A stretch of DNA of 49,478 nt from Planctomycetota bacterium (GTDB taxonomy: Bacteria > Planctomycetota > UBA1135 > UBA2386), in assembly GCA_051274975.1 (NCBI GenBank), contig JBNMND010000002.1, positions 1 through 49,478 on the forward strand, given 5' to 3'. The notes beneath the pieces are model-generated. The model did not search any database and was not told the origin of the DNA. It worked only from the letters and a program-made list of their open reading frames with translations. A program made the position numbers and the translations under genes. How positions within the stretch are numbered: position 1 is the stretch's first letter; each line of letters begins with the position of its first letter. Below, piece after piece: positions 1 through 8,083 of the stretch.

Positions 1-3000
1 AGACGCCGACAGCGTTGGCGGATATCGCGTTCGACTACCTGTTCGCGATCACGTGGCTGCGCTTGCTGTCGCCAGAGTTGTTGGCGCTGCCGCGGCAGAT
101 GGCGATTAACTTCCACGACGGGCCGTTGCCGCGCTATGCAGGCCTCAACGCAACCTGCTGGTCGCTGCTCAACGGCGAGAGTGAGCACGCGGTCACTTGG
201 CACGTCATCGAAGCCAAGGCGGACACTGGTGATATTCTGGTGCAGCAGGCCTTCCCGATCGCGGCCGACGACACGGCGTTCACCTTGAACGCGCGTTGCT
301 TTGCGTTTGGCACTGCTAGCTTTGGCGAACTGAGCGAGCAGTTGGCCAATGGCACGGCTGCCGGTCGCGCCCAGGACCTAACGCGCCGCAGCTACTTTGG
401 TCGCCATCAGCGACCGCCCGCGTTGGCGGTGCTCGACTTCGCGCAACCGGTGCAGATCGTGTCGCGACTGGTGCGAGCGTTCGATCACGGTGGCTATCAG
501 AACCCGATTGCCGTCGCCAAGGTGCGCGCCAAGAACGGCGTGTTCGTGCCGAGCGGGATCGAGGCGGTCGCGACCGATGCTGCAGGCCGTGCGAGCCCCG
601 GAACGGTGGTTGCCGCGTCCGCTGAGTTCGTGCAGATTGCGTGCGCTGATGGCGATGTCAAGTTGCTCGCGCCGCGTTGTCTACGTGGACTGCCGCTGAC
701 CGGCGAGGCCTTGCGCCAGTACGGCGTGGTTGCCGGGCACGTGTTGCCGGTCGCGACGGCGGCCGAACGCGATGGTTGGGTCGATCTCGGCGCGATCGCT
801 GCGCCAGGCGAATCCGCATGGGTGGAGGCGTTGCGAACGGCTACGCCGTTGGCGGTGCCAGATGGTCAGCCCAACGATGGCGCTGCCGAGCCGGCCGAAG
901 TTGCGGTCGACCTGCAGGCCAAGGACGCGGATCACGCAGCTTCGTTGTGTGCTGCGTTCTTGCTGCGTTCAGCGGGAGTCGTCGATGGCGACCAGGTGTC
1001 CGCCGGCCTTGGCTATGCCAACGCCAACTCGCAACAACCGATCGCTGGCGCTATCGATTTGGCGGTCGCTTTCCCGCCCGCGGTGTTCACCGTCACGGAC
1101 ACGGACCAGGTTGCTGACGCCCTCGAGAGTATCCGTGTAACGATGGCGGCGACGTCGGCGCGTGGTCCGCTGTTGCGCGAACTGGTGGTGCGACGCAGTG
1201 ATGTGCTGTCGCCCGCCGTCACGATTGAACCACCGGTGCGGCTGACGGTTGGCATTGACGTTGACGTTGCGCCTTCGACGATGACCTTCGCGGTGGCGGC
1301 CGATGGTTCGGTGCGGTTGTGCTATGACGCGCGCACCTTGCCCGAGGCAAAGGCTACGGCGATGGCGCAACGCCTCTCTGTGTTTGCCCGCGCCGCAGCC
1401 GCCGATCCAAGCGCACGCTTGACGCAGGTCGCGGTGCTGGATGAAGCTGAGTTACAGCGCTTGCTGCACACCTGGAATGAGACGGCGACCGGCGCGATTC
1501 AAGAGTTGTGCGTGCATCGTCAGTTCCAGCTTCAGGTGCAGACTTGCCCCGATCACCCGGCGCTCGCCTGTGATGGCTCGTCGTTAACTTATCGCGAGCT
1601 GCAGATTGCCGTCGACCGCCTGGCCGGTTGGTTGCGCGGCCGCGGCGTCAATACCGGTGATCGGGTTGGTATCTGCACGGGCCGAGGCTTGGGCATGGTG
1701 ACTGCGGCGCTCGCGGTCATGCGCTGCGGCGCCGCCTACGTGCCGCTCGACCCGAGCTACCCGCGCGATCGCCTCGCGTTCATGGCGGAGGATGCCGAAC
1801 TCGCCGCCCTGATTGTGGACCAGCAAGGCGCCGGTGCTTCACCCGCGGTGTCGTGCCCGCGCATCGATCTCGATGCCGATCGCGATGCGATTGCAGGTGC
1901 CGAGATGCTGCTTGACGACGCGGCCACCGGCGACCACCTCGCCTACTTGATCTACACGTCTGGATCGACCGGCCGTCCGAAGGGCGTCATGGTGCGCCAT
2001 CGCAACGCGGCGAACTTCTTCGTCGGCATGGATCATGTGCTCGGTGCCGATCACGACGACCACAAGCCGGGCGTCTGGTTGGCGGTCACCAGCTTGTCAT
2101 TCGATATCTCGGTGCTCGAACTGCTGTGGACGCTGTGTCGCGGCTTCACCGTTGTGCTGCATACGGGCGACGACAAGCCCAAGCGGGCAGAGCCAAAGCC
2201 GGCGTCGACACGCCCGGTGTCGTTCAGCATGTTCTACTTCGCTAGTGACGAAGGTGAGTTTGCACAGGACAAATACCGCTTGCTGCTCGAGGGCGCGAAG
2301 TTCGCCGACGAGAACGGTTTCGAGGCGGTGTGGACACCCGAACGGCACTTCCACGCGTTCGGCGGTCTCTACCCGAACCCAGCGGTCGTCAGCGCGGCCG
2401 TTGCAGCCATCACGAAGAACGTCGGCATCCGCGCCGGCTCGTGCGTGGCGACGCTACACCATCCGATTCGCATCGCAGAGGACTGGTCGTTGGTTGACAA
2501 CCTGTCGAACGGCCGCGTTGGCATTGCGTTCGCGGCTGGTTGGCACGGCCGTGACTTCGTGCTCAGGCCGGAGAACTTCGCGGACCGTAAGGGCGCGATG
2601 ATGCGCACGATGAAGCAAGTGCACGCGCTGTGGCGCGGGGAAGAGGTCGAGTTCCCTGGCCATGATGGCAAGCCGCAGGCGATTCGCACGTTGCCGCGGC
2701 CGGTGCAGAAGAAGCTGCCGACGTGGGTGACCGTTGCCGGCAACCCGGAGACATTCCGGCTGGCGGGGGAGTCCGGCAGCTACGTGCTGACGCACCTGCT
2801 CGGCCAAAGTGTGCAGGACCTCGAAGGCAAGCTCGACGTCTACCATGCTGCTTGGCGCCAGGCCGGCCACGAGGGCGAGGGCCGCGTTACGCTGATGCTG
2901 CATACGTTCGTTGGCGAAGACGAGGGCAAGGTGCGCGAGATCGTGCGCGAGCCGATGAAGGAATACCTGCGTTCGAGCCTCGACCTCGTCAAGCAGGCGG

Positions 3001-4508
3001 CGTGGTCGTTCCCGGCCTTCAAGAACAAGGTCGACAAGCCGGGTGAGATGGATGAGTTACTCAACGGTGGCCTGACGCCAGCCGACTTTGACGCGCTGCT
3101 CGACTTCTCATTCGAACGCTACTACCAGCAGAGTGGTCTGTTTGGCACGCCCGAGTCGTGTGTTGCCATCGTCGACCGACTGCGCGCGATCAAGATCGAT
3201 GAGATCGCGTGCTTGGTGGACTTCGGTGTGCCGACCGACCTGGTCATGGCTAGCCTGCCACAGCTCAAGGAGCTGAAGCGACTTTGCGATACGGCGACGG
3301 CAGCGGATGCGATTACGGCAGTGGCAGCGGTGACGAGGCAAGGTGCGCCAGCGCCCGCCAAGTCGATCCCTGAACTGATTCATGAGCACGATGTGACGCA
3401 CTTCCAGTGCACGCCGTCGATGGCGGGCATGTTGCTGCTCGACCCCGCGGCGCCGAAGGCGTTCGGCTCGTTGCAGCAGATGCTCGTTGGTGGCGAAGCG
3501 TTGCCGAGTGCTACGGCGCGCCAACTGAAGGACGTCGTGTCGGTGCTGCACGATGTCTACGGTCCGACCGAGACGACGGTGTGGTCGACGACGCAAGTGG
3601 TCGGCGACGACGAACCGGTGCCGATCGGCAAGCCGATGCGCAACCAACAGGCCTACGTGCTCGATCACCACTTGCAGCCTGTGCCTATCGGTGGCGTCGG
3701 CGAACTGTGGATTGGTGGCGATGGTGTGACTGCCGGCTACTTCCGTCGACCGGAGTTAACCGACGAGCGCTTCCGTGCGGATCCGTTCCGAAGTGGCGGC
3801 AACGACGCGAAGATCTATGGCACCGGTGACTTGGTGCGCTTTCGCGACGATGGTGTGCTCGAATACCTCGGTCGCAAGGACCTGCAGGTCAAGGTGCGCG
3901 GCTACCGGATCGAGCTAGGTGAGATCGAGGCGGCGTTGAGCCAGCACAGCGGCATTCGCGAAGTGGTGGTGGTTGCCCGCCATGACGGTGGCGATGCCCG
4001 CTTGGTGGCCTACTACGTTGCCCGCGCTGAGGCGCCGACGGCGGATCAGTTGCGCGACCACCTACGTCACTCGCTGCCGGAGTTCATGGTGCCGAGTCAC
4101 TTCGTGGCGATGCCCGACCTGCCGCGCACCCCGAATCTGAAGGTGGACCGCAAAGCGTTGCCGGCACCGGAGGCCGTTGCCAGCGCGGCACGCACGGTGG
4201 TCGTGTCGGCGGCTGACGAAACTGAGGATGCGATCCTGGCGATCTGGAAGCAGTCGCTCGGTACTGACGACGTTGGCGTCGAAGACAACTTCTTCGATTC
4301 TGGCGGCCACAGCATCCTGGCGGTCAAGGTGCACCGCGAGATCGCGCAGCGACTTGGTGTCGACTTGCAGGTGACGGACTTGTTCCGGTTCACGACAGTT
4401 CGCGCGCTCGCCAAGCACTTGCAGGCTGGCAAGTCGCAACCGACCGCTGCGCAGCAGGCGATGGAGCGGGCTAAGAGCCGTCGGCGGAAGCTGACCCGTC
4501 GCCAGTAA
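1..4508 (+). CDS. NRPS-like protein, 5'-partial (open to window edge). Domain order: formyltransferase-like domain, about 300 aa unassigned, adenylation domain interrupted by a luciferase-like monooxygenase domain, peptidyl carrier protein.
   Basis: The reading frame is open from nt 3, and the track 'start' at 15 is only a TTG. The N-terminus reads as a formyltransferase (HDGPLPRYAGLNATCWSLLNGE...HVIEAKADTGDIL). A-domain core motifs are present: LTYRELQ (A1), GAAYVPLDPSYP (A2), LAYLIYTSGSTGRPKGV (A3), FDISV (A4), YGPTETT (A5), GELWIGGDGVTAGY (A6), YGTGDL (A7), GRKDLQVKVRGYRIELGEIE (A8) and LPRTPNLKVDRKAL (A10). About 486 aa lie between A4 and A5 and read as LLM (FSMFYFASDEG...ENGFEAVWTPERHFHAFGGLYPNP...). 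The PCP motif is FFDSGGHSILAV, with the Ser codon at 4311-4313. Confidence 0.9.
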   Translation, partial: TPTALADIAFDYLFAITWLRLLSPELLALPRQMAINFHDGPLPRYAGLNATCWSLLNGESEHAVTWHVIEAKADTGDILVQQAFPIAADDTAFTLNARCFAFGTASFGELSEQLANGTAAGRAQDLTRRSYFGRHQRPPALAVLDFAQPVQIVSRLVRAFDHGGYQNPIAVAKVRAKNGVFVPSGIEAVATDAAGRASPGTVVAASAEFVQIACADGDVKLLAPRCLRGLPLTGEALRQYGVVAGHVLPVATAAERDGWVDLGAIAAPGESAWVEALRTATPLAVPDGQPNDGAAEPAEVAVDLQAKDADHAASLCAAFLLRSAGVVDGDQVSAGLGYANANSQQPIAGAIDLAVAFPPAVFTVTDTDQVADALESIRVTMAATSARGPLLRELVVRRSDVLSPAVTIEPPVRLTVGIDVDVAPSTMTFAVAADGSVRLCYDARTLPEAKATAMAQRLSVFARAAAADPSARLTQVAVLDEAELQRLLHTWNETATGAIQELCVHRQFQLQVQTCPDHPALACDGSSLTYRELQIAVDRLAGWLRGRGVNTGDRVGICTGRGLGMVTAALAVMRCGAAYVPLDPSYPRDRLAFMAEDAELAALIVDQQGAGASPAVSCPRIDLDADRDAIAGAEMLLDDAATGDHLAYLIYTSGSTGRPKGVMVRHRNAANFFVGMDHVLGADHDDHKPGVWLAVTSLSFDISVLELLWTLCRGFTVVLHTGDDKPKRAEPKPASTRPVSFSMFYFASDEGEFAQDKYRLLLEGAKFADENGFEAVWTPERHFHAFGGLYPNPAVVSAAVAAITKNVGIRAGSCVATLHHPIRIAEDWSLVDNLSNGRVGIAFAAGWHGRDFVLRPENFADRKGAMMRTMKQVHALWRGEEVEFPGHDGKPQAIRTLPRPVQKKLPTWVTVAGNPETFRLAGESGSYVLTHLLGQSVQDLEGKLDVYHAAWRQAGHEGEGRVTLMLHTFVGEDEGKVREIVREPMKEYLRSSLDLVKQAAWSFPAFKNKVDKPGEMDELLNGGLTPADFDALLDFSFERYYQQSGLFGTPESCVAIVDRLRAIKIDEIACLVDFGVPTDLVMASLPQLKELKRLCDTATAADAITAVAAVTRQGAPAPAKSIPELIHEHDVTHFQCTPSMAGMLLLDPAAPKAFGSLQQMLVGGEALPSATARQLKDVVSVLHDVYGPTETTVWSTTQVVGDDEPVPIGKPMRNQQAYVLDHHLQPVPIGGVGELWIGGDGVTAGYFRRPELTDERFRADPFRSGGNDAKIYGTGDLVRFRDDGVLEYLGRKDLQVKVRGYRIELGEIEAALSQHSGIREVVVVARHDGGDARLVAYYVARAEAPTADQLRDHLRHSLPEFMVPSHFVAMPDLPRTPNLKVDRKALPAPEAVASAARTVVVSAADETEDAILAIWKQSLGTDDVGVEDNFFDSGGHSILAVKVHREIAQRLGVDLQVTDLFRFTTVRALAKHLQAGKSQPTAAQQAMERAKSRRRKLTRRQ

Positions 4509-4540
4509 CGCCCTCGCTCGCCCTACCCTCGATTGCGAGT

Positions 4541-4579
4541 GGCCGCTAGCGAGCCGCTAGCGAGTCGCTAGCGGCCGCC
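4541..4579. repeat. Three tandem copies of a CGCTAGCG-containing 11-mer, forming a GC-rich hairpin (4553..4575) between convergent genes.
   Basis: Sequence is ggccgctagcgag / ccgctagcgag / tcgctagcggccgcc. The segment ccgctagcga-g-tcgctagcgg is self-complementary, giving a stem of about 10 bp. The TAG stop of the minus-strand DUF1080 gene (4557-4559) lies inside the repeat. There is no T-run. Confidence 0.6.
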
Positions 4580-5192
4580 AGCGCACCGTCTTGATGCGGG
4601 TGCGTGTCTGGAAACTGGCGATGCCGAACGGGCGACACAGATCGACTTCCGGGCGCAGCGATAGTCGCTTGCCGGCGAGCGGAGTCTCGGTGAACGGTTC
4701 GCCATCGAGCAGTACCGTGATGCTGCCGTCGGTCACGCGCACCAGTGTCGTGTAGTCGAGGTCTGACTTGAAGCCCTTGAGCTTGCGCGTCAGGTTGCGC
4801 GAGGCATCGTCGTCGTCGAGGCTCGAGAGCCCGGAGATGCTGCCGCCCCAACCGCCGAGCACGAGGGTCAGGTGGTGTTCGCCAACTGGGAACGTCAAGC
4901 CGCAGAAGAAGTCGTTGCCTTCGATGCGGGCCGCGGTGACTTCGACTTCGTAGCTGCCTGTCGGTGGTGGCCCCGTCAGGGTGACGCCGGTCATCGGGCT
5001 ACCCATCTCGAAGTGCATGGCGCCGTCAGCGACAGTGATCTCGCCCTCGCCGCCAAACTCGGTGGCTTGCCAGCCGGTCAGCGATTCGCCGTCGAACAGC
5101 GAAGTCCATGTCGCAGCGGGATCGGTCGTCTTGCAGCCAGCGAGCAGCAGGCCAGAGACTGCGAGTAGTAACCAGCGAAGGCGGTTCATCAT
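4557..5192 (-). CDS. DUF1080 (3-keto-disaccharide hydrolase-like) lipoprotein.
   Basis: Signal peptide plus lipobox (LLAVSGLLLAGC). Typical DUF1080 opening is present (WTSLFDGESLTGWQ...GAMHFE). The ATG overlaps the upstream TAA by 1 nt (TAATG at 5190-5194). Confidence 0.85.
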   Translation of the reverse strand: MMNRLRWLLLAVSGLLLAGCKTTDPAATWTSLFDGESLTGWQATEFGGEGEITVADGAMHFEMGSPMTGVTLTGPPPTGSYEVEVTAARIEGNDFFCGLTFPVGEHHLTLVLGGWGGSISGLSSLDDDDASRNLTRKLKGFKSDLDYTTLVRVTDGSITVLLDGEPFTETPLAGKRLSLRPEVDLCRPFGIASFQTRTRIKTVRWRPLATR

Positions 5193-7573
5193 TACTTACC
5201 AGTCAACACTGGACTGGTGCTCTGCTTCAAGAACAGGATCGCCATTGCGTTGCGTTCTATCTGTTCGTCGCCAGTGAATTCCGCTGGCCAGTTACCGTTC
5301 TCTAGTTGTGCCAGCACGAGCATCAGGGCGCCTTCGAAGTACCAGTCGCGATCTTGGATCAGCGCGACGCCGGACAATAGCGCGGCGCGTTCAAGGCTGT
5401 AGAGGTAGTAGTAGTGCCAGCGGTGTTGGCGGGTCAGCGCGCCCGGGTGGTAGCGCACCGTCATGTTCTGCGCGAGCCACGCGAAGCCGTCGTTGCGCGC
5501 CCGGTTGGCGTCGTTCTGCAGCTTCTTTCGCTTCATTTTCTTGTGATCGAGAATCGCTGCCTGGCAGATCGCCAAGCCAGTGATTCCGGCGCAGGTCATG
5601 CTGCCCCAGATGCTGGCCTCGCCGCCTCCCTGACCGGGTGCCGTGTAGCTCCAGCCGTTGGCGTTGCGGTGCATGCGCGCCGTCGTGTAGCTACCCTCTG
5701 GATCGAACTGCATGCGCGTGTGGGTGCGGTAGTCCATCAGTTCGAGGCCGATACGTTTGCCGTCTTCTTGTTGGTCATCAAGCAGGTGGTTGGCTGCCGC
5801 TTCCCAAATCGATGGCTTGATCTCGACACCGCAGAGGTGCGCGGCATAGAGGCCGAGCAACCCGTATTGATGCAAGGAATTGTCGTAGCGGCCACCGCCG
5901 ACGTAGTTGAAGCGCAGCAAGTATTCGGCATCGACGCGCGTGTCGATGTTGGTCAGTAGCCGCCCGACCCACTTCTCCATTAGCGCGCGATCAGCTTCCG
6001 GGACCTGCCGCTTCGTTGGGCGGTCGATCGCGCCCGAGCGCAGTAGGCTCAGCTCGGACGCTGGCTGGTGGTAAGCCTCGAGCACCATCAGCGCGTTGCC
6101 CAGCGTGTAGGTGTCGATCAGCGTGCGCTTGCGAAGTTCCTTGAGGCACGATACCAGCACCGGATCATCCTTCGGCACGCCGCCCTTGATCAAGGCCAGC
6201 AGGCCGATCGCAAGGCGACCTGAGTGATAAGAACGGTCGGCTTTAGGCTTCTCGGCATTGAGCAGGCGCGTGTCGTTGGGTTTCGACAGTTGCTCCTTTA
6301 GCTTCTTGGTGCCCGACTCAATCGAGCGCTGCACCGCCAACCGGAATTCTGTGTCCTGGTTGTGGTGCGTGTAAGTCAGCAGCCAGTCTTCCTTTTGGTC
6401 CAGGGTGCCGGCGGCATTCTTGAACTCCGCGCCGTTGGCGATCGTGCCATGCAGGTCGGATTCGATGCGCATGACGCGCGCGCCGGTCGGGCGAATCTCA
6501 ACTTGGCGGCGGATCTTTAACTTTCCGTCAAAGCTGTGATGCACGAAGGCCATCACGGACTTCTTCATGTAGTCCTTGTCGTCCTTGCCCATGTTGGGCA
6601 GCTTGGCAGTCTTGACGGTCGCCGTGATCGTCTGCCAGCCTTCGGTGTCGATCGACGATGCGCGGCCGCGGATCTTGATGTCGCCGAGTTCGCGCATGCG
6701 CGTTGCATTCATCTTGATGCTGCCGCCGAGCGGCCCGCAACGCATGTCCATCGCAACCCACCACGCAATCTCGCGTAGGTCGGCGGGCGACTTCCAAACG
6801 GTCTTGCGGTCCTTGTCGAGTTCGCCTTGCAGCAACATCGGTGGTGGCCGGAGTGGGCCGAACAGCGCGCGTTTGACGCGATTGGCAGCAGTGCGTTCTT
6901 CGCGGATGGCCTTCTGAAGGTCTTCGACTTTGCGATGCTTACGGGTGAGCTTGTCGAAGTAGCGCAGGTTGACGTCGAGATACTGCGCGCCGCCGATCTG
7001 CGAGCACTTGACGGCGATGACGTTCTCGCCGCGCTGCCAGGCATCGAGTGCCTTGCCGGTGACGAAGAACGAACGGTTGACGCCGTAGCGATCGTCGGCG
7101 ACGACGAGTTCGCCGTTGAGCCAGATTCGCACGCCGTCATCGTGGTCGAGTTCGAACCACAAGGCTTTCGGCTTGACGCGGCCGAGGTCGCAGGTCGTGC
7201 GCGCACACAAGGCGGCGTTGGCCCACTTGGTGCGGTGGTTCTTGTTGGCCAACAGGTCGGGGCCGAAGCCTGCCTTCCCAGCAAACCAACCAGAGTCATC
7301 AAAGGCTGGCTTCTCGAAGTTCTTGGGGATCTTCGCGGCCACGCAGGTGAAATACTTCCACGTGTGCGGTTGGTGGCTCTTGCCGTTGTGGATCGCGACA
7401 GTCGATGTGAGTCGCGATGGCGGTGGCGTCACTTCGAACTGCTTCGTCGTGCGCGTGTAGGCGTGGGCACCACGATGGGGGATGTCCCAAGCCATGGACT
7501 GGCCGCACGCGAGGCTCGCGAGGATTAGAGTGGCGACGACGGAGGCGAGTCGTTGCATGGTTTGCCAGGGCAT
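5192..7573 (-). CDS. Secreted protein with an N-terminal galactose-binding-like domain and a C-terminal prenyltransferase/squalene-oxidase-like alpha/alpha-toroid repeats.
   Basis: Signal peptide is MQRLASVVATLILASLACG. WFELDHDDGVRIWLNGELVV resembles a GH2-N/sugar-binding fold. The C-terminal repeats include HQYGLLGLYAAH, GSMTCAGITGLAICQAA and YYYLYSLERAALL. A second ATG 5 codons downstream is also a possible start. Confidence 0.75.
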   Translation of the reverse strand: MPWQTMQRLASVVATLILASLACGQSMAWDIPHRGAHAYTRTTKQFEVTPPPSRLTSTVAIHNGKSHQPHTWKYFTCVAAKIPKNFEKPAFDDSGWFAGKAGFGPDLLANKNHRTKWANAALCARTTCDLGRVKPKALWFELDHDDGVRIWLNGELVVADDRYGVNRSFFVTGKALDAWQRGENVIAVKCSQIGGAQYLDVNLRYFDKLTRKHRKVEDLQKAIREERTAANRVKRALFGPLRPPPMLLQGELDKDRKTVWKSPADLREIAWWVAMDMRCGPLGGSIKMNATRMRELGDIKIRGRASSIDTEGWQTITATVKTAKLPNMGKDDKDYMKKSVMAFVHHSFDGKLKIRRQVEIRPTGARVMRIESDLHGTIANGAEFKNAAGTLDQKEDWLLTYTHHNQDTEFRLAVQRSIESGTKKLKEQLSKPNDTRLLNAEKPKADRSYHSGRLAIGLLALIKGGVPKDDPVLVSCLKELRKRTLIDTYTLGNALMVLEAYHQPASELSLLRSGAIDRPTKRQVPEADRALMEKWVGRLLTNIDTRVDAEYLLRFNYVGGGRYDNSLHQYGLLGLYAAHLCGVEIKPSIWEAAANHLLDDQQEDGKRIGLELMDYRTHTRMQFDPEGSYTTARMHRNANGWSYTAPGQGGGEASIWGSMTCAGITGLAICQAAILDHKKMKRKKLQNDANRARNDGFAWLAQNMTVRYHPGALTRQHRWHYYYLYSLERAALLSGVALIQDRDWYFEGALMLVLAQLENGNWPAEFTGDEQIERNAMAILFLKQSTSPVLTGK

Positions 7574-7577
7574 GGTT

Positions 7578-7650
7578 TAGCTAGCCAATGGTTTGGCAAG
7601 CCAATGGTTAGCCGGAGTTGACTAGCAGAGTTGGCTAGCAGAGTTGGCTA
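7578..7650. repeat. Cluster of short tandem duplications in a 75-bp spacer.
   Basis: gccaatggtt occurs twice (tagccaatggtttggcaagccaatggttagcc). tagcagagttggc occurs twice in tandem (7623-7648). The second repeat block starts at the TAG stop of the small minus-strand ORF. Confidence 0.6.
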
Positions 7651-7971
7651 ACCGAAGTTGAGGCCGCACTCGGGACAGCGAGTGACGCCGGCAGTCGCAA
7701 ACTTCGTCAGACAGGCTGGGCACTGTGTTTCCTCTGCATTGAGGTCGCAGACGATGTCGCGGACCGGCAGGCCCTGACTTCGAACCATACCGTCCAGGTG
7801 TGTCTGGTGCACGGCGAGTGCCTCTTCCCGTCGTCCGCTCGCGACCGCGAGCCATGCGTGGGGGCCTCAACCGCCGGGCATCGGGCCGGTGGTCGCTTCG
7901 ATTCCCGCGCCCTTGAGTTGCTGCAAGACTTCGCGAATGAAGTCGGCCTTGCCTTGGAACGCGAGCTGCAT
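7648..7971 (-). pseudogene. Small DUF2007-like (PII-fold) plus C-terminal zinc-ribbon protein, 107 codons, interrupted by a single in-frame TGA (7867-7869).
   Basis: My own translation of the minus strand gives MQLAFQGKADFIREVLQQLKGAGIEATTGPMPGG-TGA-GPHAWLAVASGRREEALAVHQTHLDGMVRSQGLPVRDIVCDLNAEETQCPACLTKFATAGVTRCPECGLNFG-TAG. Both halves are below the 60-aa cut-off of the track. The track ORF 7622..7870 is in a different frame. This could also be two tiny ORFs or a recoding event. Confidence 0.45.
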
Positions 7972-8083
7972 GCCGGGGGGAGTGTTCACCGCGGCAGTGT
8001 AGGCGGATGGGCGGGCTGCGCCACTCGCATCGCGGTTGCAGCCACGCTGACGAGGCGTGGCGGTGGTGGCCGCACGCCGGTGC

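Noticed and set aside
7867-7869. Selenocysteine as the main explanation for the in-frame TGA.
   Set aside because: There is no Cys/redox motif near the codon, the site is in a Gly/Pro linker, and the hairpin is short. A nonsense mutation or sequencing error is more parsimonious. It is retained only as a low-probability alternative.
7622-7870. 82-aa track ORF (MRPPRMARGRERTTGRG…) in the 7574-8083 spacer.
   Set aside because: It is Arg-rich nonsense. Another frame on the same strand gives a coherent DUF2007-like plus zinc-ribbon product, reported above as the interrupted ORF 7648..7971.
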